Shown here one piece after another: positions 9,159 through 17,442 of a stretch of 64,000 nucleotides of DNA (position 1 is the first letter of the stretch; every line of letters starts with the position of its first letter). The notes beneath the pieces were generated by a model that saw nothing but the letters and a program-made list of their open reading frames with translations, was not told the DNA's origin and ran no database searches. The translations under genes and the position numbers were made by a program. Origin of the DNA: Candidatus Nomurabacteria bacterium (GTDB lineage: Bacteria > Patescibacteriota > Saccharimonadia > Saccharimonadales > Saccharimonadaceae); NCBI GenBank assembly GCA_020631935.1, contig JACKGP010000003.1, forward strand, positions 13,949-77,948, read 5' to 3'.

Positions 9159-10484
9159 TTAGTCAGGAAGGTTTCGCTCTATACAAATTGAAAATGTCGA
9201 TCCATGGTTTAGGCGACTTTTGACATCAATTTTGGCTCCAATTTTTCTAGCTAGCTTTGAAGCAACGTACAAGCCAAGTCCCGTACCAGAAGTTTCCCTG
9301 GTTCGGTAGTCTTCGGTTCTATAGAATTTTTTAAATATTTTTGCTTGGTCGGATTTTGATATTCCGACACCAGTATCTTTGATGGCAAATTCTACAGATT
9401 CCTTTGTGTTTGTAATTTGAATAGTTACATCGCCTTTAACGGTGTACTTGATGGCATTCGTTAGGAAATTCTGCAACAATTCCTCTAGGTATAGGCGGCT
9501 AGCGTAGACCGAGCCAGGCTTTCCAGTTAGTTTTAGATTAAGGTGCAACTTTTTCTCTTTTGCTTGCTCTAGATATGTTTCATAAAGTTTCTTTGCCAGA
9601 GGTTCAACTTCTATAATCTCTTGGTTATCAGCTACTCCCCTTTCGGCGCGACTCAGTGTACTTAGGTCGTTTATCATACCGGCCAATATAACGATTTGAC
9701 CGTGAGCCAGGTCGATGCTTTTCTTTACAGTATCGCGAGATACATTTTCACGATCAAAAAGTATTCCGGCATTATCCAGAGAGCCTTCGGCGATGGTAAT
9801 TGGTGTGCGCAGCTCGTGGCTAACTACGCTAATGAACTCGTCCCTTTCCTCCTCTAGGCTTTTTTCTTTGGTGATGTCGCGAACCGTACATATATAAGTA
9901 GTATGACCACTGGACTCGCCAAAACCTTCAGCAACTCTGTTGACTGTCAGGTGCATTCTTATAGAGTCTTCTTCTGTTATTGGTAAAAGAATATCTTCGG
10001 TTTCGTATCGACTTGAACCCTCTAATAAGCTAGTAATTTTGTGCTTATTTCCGTCCATATCTACGATCGGCATCACTTCATCTATTGGCTTTCCGGCAAT
10101 GTCTGTATTTGTGTCCAGTAAAGATATGAAGGCAGAGTTGTAGAGCCCAATAGTACCGTTATTCTCGATTGTGAATATAGCTTGTGATGCACTATTTATG
10201 GTAGTGAGCAGAGCCTGACGTTCACGCTTGACGCGTTTTTGAGCATTTTTTAAGCGGTCTCGGGCGGCCATCTCATTGGTTATTTGAGAAAGCAATAGAG
10301 CCGCCACGATGGATATGATTAGGCCACTGAGCATCATTATTAATTGATCGAACCAGTTGCTGTGAAAAGGTGCCGCGCCGTAGATGCTAGCAATAAGGCC
10401 ATAGAGCAACACGCCTGTCAGTATTGAGGTTAATGCTCGATGCCGACTTAGGGTATATTTCTTTCTTCTCCCACCACGTTTCAT
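9159..10484 (-). CDS. sensor histidine kinase (two N-terminal TM helices, PAS-like domain, HisKA, HATPase)
   Basis: 441 aa with H-box SHELRTPIT and C-terminal DTGVGI and GTGLGL ATP-lid motifs. Confidence 0.85.
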   Translation of the reverse strand: MKRGGRRKKYTLSRHRALTSILTGVLLYGLIASIYGAAPFHSNWFDQLIMMLSGLIISIVAALLLSQITNEMAARDRLKNAQKRVKRERQALLTTINSASQAIFTIENNGTIGLYNSAFISLLDTNTDIAGKPIDEVMPIVDMDGNKHKITSLLEGSSRYETEDILLPITEEDSIRMHLTVNRVAEGFGESSGHTTYICTVRDITKEKSLEEERDEFISVVSHELRTPITIAEGSLDNAGILFDRENVSRDTVKKSIDLAHGQIVILAGMINDLSTLSRAERGVADNQEIIEVEPLAKKLYETYLEQAKEKKLHLNLKLTGKPGSVYASRLYLEELLQNFLTNAIKYTVKGDVTIQITNTKESVEFAIKDTGVGISKSDQAKIFKKFYRTEDYRTRETSGTGLGLYVASKLARKIGAKIDVKSRLNHGSTFSICIERNLPD

Positions 10485-10495
10485 ATGTCTATAGT

Positions 10496-11185
10496 TTAGC
10501 AGATTGGCTGAAATGCCTTAAGCGCTTTTTTGTGCTGCCTGTAGTTTGAGTCCATTTCTCCTACCAGGTCCCAGAAGTTCGAGCTATGGTTCATCTGTTT
10601 TGTGTGTGCTAATTCATGAACTAGTACGTAGTCGATTAGCTCGTGGGGTAACTTCATCAATGCGATATTTAGACTAATAGTCCCATTTGAGCTGCAGCTT
10701 CCCCACCTGCTACCAGCATGAGGTAGGCGGACCGACTGGTATTTGTAGCCGAACTTCGATGCAATCACCGCCAGTCTTTTTGGTAGGTAGTTTTTGGCTT
10801 CTTTTCGCAGCGCCTTTATAACCTCTGTACGAATAATAGACTGCACTTCATTATCGTTTATATCCATAGACTCTGGCAGAGTGACTATTATCTGAGACCT
10901 CAGTGTGGACACAGATAATTTTGTTCCAAATCGTACACTTATAGAGTGTAGCTTGCCAATCTTTGTTCCATCCGAGTATGTCTGCCCAGCTCGTGCAGAG
11001 TTGAGCAATTCTTTTAGTTTGCTCCTAGAGCCACGCAAAAAGGCTTTCACTGCAAAATCAGGAGTTCTCCTAGGTACTGTTATGGTTAGTTTTCCGTTTG
11101 GTGCTACAGATGCACGCAGGTGTCTGCTGTTGTGGTTATGGCGAACAACAACTTCTCCGAGTATATCGTCCGTAAGTACTTTCAT
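10496..11185 (-). CDS. YgjP/DUF45-like zinc metallohydrolase
   Basis: 229 aa with a C-terminal HELAHTKQMNHS (HExxH) in the DUF45/M48-like context. Confidence 0.7.
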   Translation of the reverse strand: MKVLTDDILGEVVVRHNHNSRHLRASVAPNGKLTITVPRRTPDFAVKAFLRGSRSKLKELLNSARAGQTYSDGTKIGKLHSISVRFGTKLSVSTLRSQIIVTLPESMDINDNEVQSIIRTEVIKALRKEAKNYLPKRLAVIASKFGYKYQSVRLPHAGSRWGSCSSNGTISLNIALMKLPHELIDYVLVHELAHTKQMNHSSNFWDLVGEMDSNYRQHKKALKAFQPIC

Positions 11186-11195
11186 GTATTCGATT

Positions 11196-11744
11196 CTATT
11201 GTACGTTTATTCTACCGCGTCTAGCGCCACTGCTATCTTTAGCCATCTCGCTGCGGCGAGCTGTTAGGTGCTTCAAGACGATCTTTGCCTGGCTGGCGTA
11301 AGTATGCTTTCCACTAATTACCACTGCGTGTTCGCGTTCATGCGGTGGACTGAAGCGCTTGACTAAGGCATCAAATTCATCTGGACTAAGCAACTTTGAC
11401 TTACGTGTGCGTGATTTTGCGGTTGCTTGATCTACCTGTGTCCAGACAAAAAGCGGCGCATAGCCAGCATCACGTACGACTCGAGCTACTTCGGTGCGAT
11501 TGGCGCGAGTTTCGGTCGATAATTCTAAGACTAGTGATTGGCGAGTTTTTAGTAGCTCGGTCAGATACATATAGGCCAACTGGCCTGCTGCCTCTGGCGA
11601 GGCTGCGTATTTACTAATGGCTTGCAAATCGAGGTGAGGCGCGCCGAATGTTTCGGAAAATTTCGAAGCAAAGAAAGTTTTACCACTCCCCGGAATTCCT
11701 ACCATGATAATTGCATGCGGTTGATGCAAACTTAACTGATTCAT
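11196..11744 (-). CDS. P-loop ATPase/kinase (AAA_33-like)
   Basis: Walker A VGIPGSGKT. Start chosen at MNQLSL (ATG 11744), 8 nt after TATACT. The ORF track extends it to 11762. Confidence 0.65.
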   Translation of the reverse strand: MNQLSLHQPHAIIMVGIPGSGKTFFASKFSETFGAPHLDLQAISKYAASPEAAGQLAYMYLTELLKTRQSLVLELSTETRANRTEVARVVRDAGYAPLFVWTQVDQATAKSRTRKSKLLSPDEFDALVKRFSPPHEREHAVVISGKHTYASQAKIVLKHLTARRSEMAKDSSGARRGRINVQ

Positions 11745-11919
11745 TGCAGACCAGTATAGCAACTTTTTGCAAAGTACGCCATATGTTGTGTCGTGGCTAT
11801 TCTACTTTCTTAATGCATCTGTACTAATAAACATGTAAATATCTGCAAAAACAAAACAGCCCACTTTTTGTTTAGCAGACTGCTTGCTGTTGTATCTAAG
11901 TTATGTGTGCATTCTGTTT

Positions 11920-11965
11920 TGACAGGTGCTCCAGGATGATTGCCGAACCTATTGTGGTATGATAT
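11920..11965 (-). repeat. degenerate copy of tRNA-Trp 3' end (copy A, outermost)
   Basis: TGACAGGTGCTCCAGGATGATTGCCGAACCTATTGTGGTATGATAT. It has about 4 mismatches to copy B and shares the CAGGA / CGAACCTA blocks with tRNA-Trp. Confidence 0.6.
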
Positions 11966-12055
11966 GAAAATATGAATTAGTGCACGGCGGGCAAGAAGCT
12001 CTCGCTCTCACTTTGACTCAAAGTTGAATACTTAATTTATGGCAGAACCGAATCG

Positions 12056-12590
12056 CTAAAACTCACTAGTCTTATCGGCCGTAATTTTATGGATTACTGA
12101 ATATAATTTACCGTAATCATGCCAGCTAAAATCACCCTCATTGCCACGATACCACAAACTAACAGGCAGATTTTCGTATGCGTTTGCAAGCGCGCTAATT
12201 TCTTTTGTGCTAAGTGCGATAATTTGTCTAACGTCATCACCCGGACGATAGGCAGAGTCACCTATGTTTACTCCAAAAAGGAAAGTCTCATTGTAAAATT
12301 CTTTTCCGGCTGTATCGATAGCCGAAGTATTAAATTGTGCGAGCGGCGTAAATTGCTCAGGGCTTATCGCTAGACCAAGTTCTTCTTCTAGTTCTCATGA
12401 CGCAGCTAGAAGAATATCCTCGTCTTCATCGATCCCGCCGCCAAGTAGCCGCGTAATCCCTGTAGGGAAAAACGCAGGTTTTGCACCGGTCAAAATTTTT
12501 TCCGATTCATCTTTGACTGCAATTAGTACACATTGTTTACGATAAAGATTACCGAATGCTTGATCGACCTTTAGGCTTAGGTCTATGGTA
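12056..12590 (-). pseudogene. NUDIX hydrolase pseudogene (in-frame TGA, no start codon)
   Basis: Minus-strand translation ...GITRLLGGGIDEDEDILLAAS*ELEEELGL... is a Nudix box. TGA (12395-12397) sits at the invariant Arg position. The frame is open from 12590 but has no ATG/GTG/TTG. Confidence 0.7.
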
Positions 12591-12660
12591 TCTATTTTAT
12601 TTCTCCACTAACAATAACTGGTCTATTTTCTATTTAACCACAATTTTGTAATATTAACGC

Positions 12661-12700
12661 CAAAGTAAAACACCAAGCTAGAGCCTGGTGTTTTACTTTG
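12661..12700 (-). terminator. 16-bp hairpin downstream of repeat copy C
   Basis: CAAAGTAAAACACCAG-type stem (CAAAGTAAAACACCA...CTGGTGTTTTACTTTG). Its position relative to copy C mimics the tRNA-Trp terminator. Confidence 0.4.
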
Positions 12701-12745
12701 GCAGAGGCTAAAGGATAATTATTGAATTTATTGTGGTATAGTATC
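12699..12745 (-). repeat. degenerate copy of tRNA-Trp 3' end (copy C, AT-decayed)
   Basis: TGGCAGAGGCTAAAGGATAATTATTGAATTTATTGTGGTATAGTAT aligns without gaps to copies A and B. Confidence 0.5.
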
Positions 12746-12766
12746 TTTCTCGGGATGAGGTGACTA

Positions 12767-13257
12767 TTAAATACGATAGGGTTTTGCAATAAATGGTCGC
12801 TTACCAATCTCTCGGAGAATCAGATCTCGTAGGATCTCGGATTTATTCTTGCCGGTGATGTGCGCTTGATGCTTTAAATAGGCGTTGATCTCTGGATTTA
12901 TAAAGAAGTTAAGACGCATGTCTTTTTTATGAATCTTATTTTCGTCAATAAACGCCCCTATTACTGCACGAAGACTATCTGTATCATATTGCTTAACAGT
13001 AACAAGATTATCGAAATCAGGGCTGATACCATTTTTAAACTCGTATTGGTAGATAAGGCGTCTTTGCGTATCATGATTAGTACCGGCTTCTTAAGCTGGA
13101 CCGCAGTGGCTATTTTATACCCGACAGAAAGACTTTCCTCTGTCGCTTCTACGATGACAAGATCTGCCCTAGCGAGTGTTCGTAGATCCTTTTTAGTGAC
13201 GATGGTTCTGCTGCTACATCTAACAAAAATGGTATAAAAAACTGATATAATAACCAC
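12767..13257 (-). pseudogene. frameshifted, N-terminally truncated nucleoside 2-deoxyribosyltransferase/DNPH1-like gene running into a ribbon-helix-helix segment
   Basis: Frame 1 gives ...ARADLVIVEATEESLSVGYKIATAVQLKKPVLIM. After a frameshift near 13000 a second frame gives YEFKNGISPDFDNLVTVKQYDTDSLRAVIGAFIDENKIHKKDMRLNFFINPEINAYLKHQAHITGKNKSEILRDLILREI (RHH-like; the ATG at 12919 could start a separate 50-aa ORF). Confidence 0.5.
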
Positions 13258-13272
13258 AGGAGGAGCCTACCC

Positions 13273-14043
13273 ATGATGCTAATCTTTATCAGCCTTATAG
13301 TCACACTTATTATCAATTTTTTGCTATTTTTCGTTGCGTTCAAGCGTCAGTCTGACAAACTGACTGATTTTGCCTATTCACTTAGTTTTATTATTGTGAC
13401 TCTCTATGTTCTCCTCGTGACGTCACAACACTCGTTGCCACTCGTGATCATGAGCCTCATGGTCATCGCTTGGGCTTTACGGCTCGGTATATTTTTGGTC
13501 TACCGAATTCGTAAATCAGGCAAAGATGCTCGGTTCGACGAAATTCGCAGCCATTTTGGCCAATTTTTGAAATTTTGGCTTGGGCAAGGAGTTGTGGCGT
13601 GGTTTTTGCTTTTGCCACTTTTGTTCGTAGCGCTAAATGATAAAGCAGCTATCTCGCCCCTTTTCTGGGTCGGATGTATCATCTGGCTCATTGGCGTCAG
13701 CGTAGAATCTGTAGCTGATATCCAGAAATATCGTTTCAACCAAAATCCGAAAAATAAAGGCACTTGGATCGATAGCGGCGTCTGGAAATACAGTCGGCAC
13801 CCAAATTATTTTGGCGAGATTTGCGTCTGGGTTGGTATGTACGTGGCAGCTTTTGCTTCGTTGACGGTCCTTGAGCGCGTCATTGGCGTCGCCAGCCCAG
13901 TCGCCATCGCGATTAGCCTGCTGTTTATATCTGGCATACCGATTTTAGAAAAATCAGCCGACAAACGGTGGGGCGGACAAAAAGCCTACCAAGCGTATAA
14001 GCGCCGCACCAGTATCCTCATACCGCTATGGCGAAAAAAGTAG
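13273..14043 (+). CDS. DUF1295/steroid 5-alpha-reductase-like polytopic membrane protein
   Basis: 256 aa with an AGGAGG SD, multiple TM helices and a WKYSRHPNYFGEICVW motif. Confidence 0.65.
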   Translation: MMLIFISLIVTLIINFLLFFVAFKRQSDKLTDFAYSLSFIIVTLYVLLVTSQHSLPLVIMSLMVIAWALRLGIFLVYRIRKSGKDARFDEIRSHFGQFLKFWLGQGVVAWFLLLPLLFVALNDKAAISPLFWVGCIIWLIGVSVESVADIQKYRFNQNPKNKGTWIDSGVWKYSRHPNYFGEICVWVGMYVAAFASLTVLERVIGVASPVAIAISLLFISGIPILEKSADKRWGGQKAYQAYKRRTSILIPLWRKK

Positions 14044-14321
14044 AAGTCGATGAGCAATATCAGACGGGCTATGGCTACGAGCTAAGTGAGCCGGTTGGTC
14101 AAAATTTTCGTGATGATTTTAAACCCGAACTGACGCCGCAGCAAATGTTGCAGCTCGGTGTATTTGGCGGAGATTATTTCAAGGAAGTGCCTTCGGAATT
14201 TCCAGCGGACTGGTTTGAAGGGGTCGAACTTTTTAACAGAGGCGGAGGTAATATGAAAAATTTAGATTTCAATATAACAATAAACCGCAACAGGGGTCGC
14301 GGTTCTATCATTTTACATTAA
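14028..14321 (+). CDS. conserved hypothetical protein, probably 3'-truncated fragment
   Basis: 97 aa. LTPQQMLQLGVFGGDYFKEVPSEFPADWF resembles the N-terminal half of a longer conserved family. The tail (NRNRGRGSIILH) runs into repeat copy D. Confidence 0.4.
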   Translation: MAKKVEVDEQYQTGYGYELSEPVGQNFRDDFKPELTPQQMLQLGVFGGDYFKEVPSEFPADWFEGVELFNRGGGNMKNLDFNITINRNRGRGSIILH

Positions 14322-14338
14322 CAGAGAACAAAGATTCT

Positions 14339-14378
14339 TGGCAGGGGTACATAGATGAAGATAGAACTTTTTACTCAG
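14339..14378 (-). repeat. degenerate copy of tRNA-Trp 3' end (copy D)
   Basis: TGGCAGGGGTACATAGATGAAGATAGAACTT. The first 11 nt are identical to the tRNA-Trp 3' terminus as read on the plus strand. Confidence 0.5.
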
Positions 14379-14428
14379 TTAATGAAAACGTTATTTTGGG
14401 GACGAGTAATATTTAGCTCTTGTCGTGA

Positions 14429-15163
14429 TTACTTGAGAGTAAATCCGCCGTCAACCGCTAGAACTTGCCCTGTTATAAAAGATGCATCTTGGCTTAGTAG
14501 GAATGCAATAGTGGCTGCAACTTCTTCGGGAGCGCCAATTCGTCTTATCACAGAGAGATCTGTCGTCCAGCTTGGGTCTTCGCCAGTACTGGTACTGAGC
14601 GGCGTATCTATAAGACCAGGTGCCACAGCGTTAACCCTCACAAGAGGCTCGTTAAACTTTCGAGCGAATGATTTCGTGAAAGAAATAATACCAGCTTTTG
14701 TAGCCGAGTATATTACACCGTACGGCTCACCTATTATTCCGTCGACGGACGTTAGATTAACGATTGACCCTGTTTGTGATGTCTCCTGGATGAGTCTGCC
14801 AAAAATTTTAAGCGATTTGAAGGTACCCTTAAGATTAACGTCGATAGTTCGACTGATATTTTCGTCACTAATATCATCAATTCCTGCAGGCGTCGGAAGG
14901 ACACCGGCATTGGCGACAAGGCAATCCAACTTTCCGAACTCGGAAACGATGAAGTCTTTTAAATTATGTAAGGCTACTTCGTCTGAAATATCGGCTGCAA
15001 AAAAGCGCACTCGATTCTTGTCTTCGAATTGCTCAAGTATAAAAGTGTCTTCATCGGTCGGAGAGTTTAGGACGACGGAAGCGCCGAGGGAATATAGTCT
15101 ATGCGCGGTTGCGAGCCCAATTCCCTGTGTGGATCCTGTAACTAATACGATTTTGTCTATCAT
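14429..15163 (-). CDS. short-chain dehydrogenase/reductase (SDR)
   Basis: [15 protein letters not shown] Rossmann motif and [13 protein letters not shown] (YxxxK). Start set at MIDKIVLV, 10 nt after TATAAT. Confidence 0.85.
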   Translation of the reverse strand: MIDKIVLVTGSTQGIGLATAHRLYSLGASVVLNSPTDEDTFILEQFEDKNRVRFFAADISDEVALHNLKDFIVSEFGKLDCLVANAGVLPTPAGIDDISDENISRTIDVNLKGTFKSLKIFGRLIQETSQTGSIVNLTSVDGIIGEPYGVIYSATKAGIISFTKSFARKFNEPLVRVNAVAPGLIDTPLSTSTGEDPSWTTDLSVIRRIGAPEEVAATIAFLLSQDASFITGQVLAVDGGFTLK

Positions 15164-15380
15164 GGTTATACAAATTATACCAGAGGATAGATCATCGGTG
15201 CATACCAATACTAGTAACACTTCTCAGCATAATGATAGGTACATGTCAAAAGGAGCTAATGGAGTCGAATTCATCGACAGGGGTGATAGAAGTCGTAAAA
15301 CTAGAAAAATCATATCCGAAGATATGATTAACAGAGGCCGGTGGTTCTATCACCCTCAAATTAATACCTTGCAAATTTCG

Positions 15381-15427
15381 TGGCAGGGGCTTCAGGATGA
15401 TTACCGAACCTATTGTGGTGTAATATA
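15381..15427 (-). repeat. degenerate copy of tRNA-Trp 3' end (copy B)
   Basis: TGGCAGGGGCTTCAGGATGATTACCGAACCTATTGTGGTGTAATAT. The blocks TGGCAGGGG, CAGGA and CGAACCTA occur in the same order as in tRNA-Trp. Confidence 0.6.
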
Positions 15428-15625
15428 ATTTTCAAAGAAAAACAGGCCAGTTGTCCGGTACCTTAGGCTGATATCAGTGACATCAGACCAAGTCACTCGC
15501 ATTATTCAAGCGGATTTCCCCTGCTAAGGAGTGCGCTCTCCCTTGTTGATTACCCTACCGCTTCTCGACCTTGATGACGTGAACGCCGAGGCGCTCCATG
15601 TTCGAGAGTGTAGAGGTAAATGCAG

Positions 15626-15964
15626 CTATGCCAGCTCGAACTTGATGCCAATGACACCGTTCTTTTTCTGCTGGTCAAAGGAGTAGTACTCGTTGATTTG
15701 GCTTTCAAGCCATTCGACACTCTCACCGCCAAACTTTACTGTGCTGTTATGTGCGAAAAGATCGTGAAATGTTTCGTAGCGAAGTAGTCCAACGACTTTC
15801 ACGGAAACAGTCTGGTCGGTATTTTCTCGGTTAGTGAATGCAACGGCGTCACCAAGCTGGATAGTTTGGCGTTTCTCATCATAAAGTCTTGATTCGATTG
15901 TTTATGCGCCGGATGTAATAGAGTCAAATGGTACGGTGGCAAGTCGTAAGTGGTGTGTGTTCAT
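15626..15964 (-). pseudogene. ASCH-domain protein pseudogene (in-frame TAA)
   Basis: The translation reads MNTHHLRLATVPFDSITSGA*TIESRLYDEKRQTIQLGD...GVIGIKFELA. The TAA at 15902-15904 occupies the Lys of the GxKTxExR ASCH motif. Confidence 0.65.
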
Positions 15965-16194
15965 GTCTGACTGCTATCTTATCATTAAATGAGAGGCGTT
16001 CTCGTAGTTATGTTAATTTCGCTTCAAGGGTCTGGTCTTTAACAAATCTTTTCTATAAAGACTCTGGCGCACAGACTACCTATCGTTAGAAGATAAATAT
16101 AGCCACTCAAGAATTTCGACACCTTCATTAAAAAAAAGAGTAGTCGAAAAAAGATCCATTCACTATGACGTCAAGGTCGATATCACCCGGTTTG

Positions 16195-16431
16195 TCAGAG
16201 TAAATGTACGAACCGGCGATTGAGATGTGCAGACAGTTCATGCCAAGTGCCATATTTTTTATCAATAAAATCTAAGACAATTTGAAGATTTTCGTTAACG
16301 TGCTGTACACGTTTTAAAATCTCTTCACGTTTCGTCGTATTTGCCTTCTGGTACCAGAAATTATTAATTAAGTATTTTTCGATAAGTTCATTTTTACTGC
16401 TTAAATCAATAAATTCATCGGCAAATGTCAT
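16195..16431 (-). CDS. hypothetical protein
   Basis: 78-aa ORF with no recognisable motif. Confidence 0.35.
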   Translation of the reverse strand: MTFADEFIDLSSKNELIEKYLINNFWYQKANTTKREEILKRVQHVNENLQIVLDFIDKKYGTWHELSAHLNRRFVHLL

Positions 16432-16581
16432 AAGTGGGTAGTTTGCCTCAAACGGTAAGCTGTCTCTGCACGATATATCGGACCAAGCTGCCCTTTACTA
16501 GTCGATGAGGTCGTATATTGTTTTCTTGCTCTGGGCATGCTAGAGTAATAACATATAATTGAAATTATGCAATGAGTTAAT

Positions 16582-17442
16582 GTGCCCAAGCTATTACGTA
16601 TAACAGCATCCGACAAGCTCTATCTCCCAGGGCTTTTATACTGTGCTCACAACGATGCGAAAACACTATTCGTTTATGTACATGGTGCAGGCAGTTCATC
16701 AATCGTACGAAACACCCTTCTTTTTGAATCACTTTCTCAGACTTTCAACACTGCAGGTGCGGACCTACTAACCTTCATGAACCGTGGAGCTGGATACATC
16801 ACAAAGTTCGATACGGCTATGGGTAAATCACAACTTGGCGGTATGGCCTATGAGAAAATTAGCGATTTTATATACGATATTAAAGGAGTCGTAAGCTGGG
16901 CACGTGAACACAGGTATGAGAACGTATATCTACTTGGCCATTCGACCGGTGCTAATAAACTAGCGCTTGTAGCAGACTATATTAATAGACAAGAAGACAT
17001 CAAGGGCGTGGTGCTACTTGCTGGTGGTGATGATATTGCCTTGCAACGATCAGCACTTGACGATGCGCTCGTAGATATCCAAAGGCAAGCAGAAGAAGCG
17101 ATCTCTACATATCGAGATACTGAACTCGCTCCCATCAATACATTGCCCCACCCGATTAGCTGGCGCAGTCTTTACGAACTCATTACTGTTGATAGTGACT
17201 ACGATATTTTTCACTTCTCTAGGCGTGGTGACATGAAGCGTATACAAAAAACAACTAAACCAACCCTTGTAGTTTATGGCTCAGAGGATTTTGGTACTAT
17301 CATTAAACCTGCTATCGCAGTACGAGTGCTGGTTGAACAAAATAAACATATCGTAGGTACGATAATTAACGGTGCAGACCATAATTTTACCGGATACGAG
17401 ACGGAGTTGGCTAAAATTATCCTTGCAGGGGTTAAGGTGTAG
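16582..17442 (+). CDS. alpha/beta hydrolase
   Basis: 286 aa with a GTG start, the nucleophile elbow LLGHSTGAN (GxSxG) and an FVYVHGAGSS oxyanion region. Confidence 0.7.
   Translation: MPKLLRITASDKLYLPGLLYCAHNDAKTLFVYVHGAGSSSIVRNTLLFESLSQTFNTAGADLLTFMNRGAGYITKFDTAMGKSQLGGMAYEKISDFIYDIKGVVSWAREHRYENVYLLGHSTGANKLALVADYINRQEDIKGVVLLAGGDDIALQRSALDDALVDIQRQAEEAISTYRDTELAPINTLPHPISWRSLYELITVDSDYDIFHFSRRGDMKRIQKTTKPTLVVYGSEDFGTIIKPAIAVRVLVEQNKHIVGTIINGADHNFTGYETELAKIILAGVKV

Noticed and set aside
11950-11965. The repeat tails (TGgTATGAT, TGgTATAGT, TGgTGTAAT) as functional extended -10 promoters firing rightward.
   Set aside because: In every case the sequence to the right is the 3' end of a minus-strand gene or pseudogene, so there is nothing sensible to transcribe. 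Antisense promoters cannot be excluded, but they are not needed to explain the repeats.
12119-12373. An 84-aa plus-strand ORF, and likewise 12929-13237 (+) and 13149-13343 (-).
   Set aside because: They are antisense to, or out of frame with, the NUDIX and deoxyribosyltransferase-like remnants, whose motifs identify the true frames. The 13149-13343 ORF also overlaps the start of the DUF1295 gene.
12395-12397. In-frame TGA in the NUDIX gene as evidence for stop-codon reassignment (UGA=Gly as in Gracilibacteria/SR1, or UGA=Trp).
   Set aside because: The TGA sits at an invariant Arg, not at Gly or Trp. TGA terminates well-conserved genes at normal lengths in this window (trpS at 30406-30408, the GH15 gene at 25118-25120). 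Neighbouring decayed genes carry in-frame TAA and TAG as well, so pseudogenisation is the simpler explanation.
11920-15427. The repeat copies as integron attC sites, since each lies just 3' of a minus-strand gene or pseudogene, like cassette ends.
   Set aside because: The copies have no internal imperfect inverted-repeat (R''-L''/L'-R') structure, no GTTRRRY core sites, and no intI or attI nearby. One interval also contains plus-strand genes. Their block-wise similarity to the tRNA-Trp 3' end explains them better.
14355-15428. A 357-aa plus-strand ORF.
   Set aside because: It is the antisense shadow of the SDR gene (14429-15163), which has clear TGxxxGxG and YxxxK motifs. The plus-strand product is low-complexity with no motif, and it runs through repeat copy B.
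16428-16616. The 62-aa ORF as a confident gene.
   Set aside because: It overlaps the promoter and start of the divergent alpha/beta hydrolase gene and has no motif. It is mentioned only as a weak candidate in the findings.
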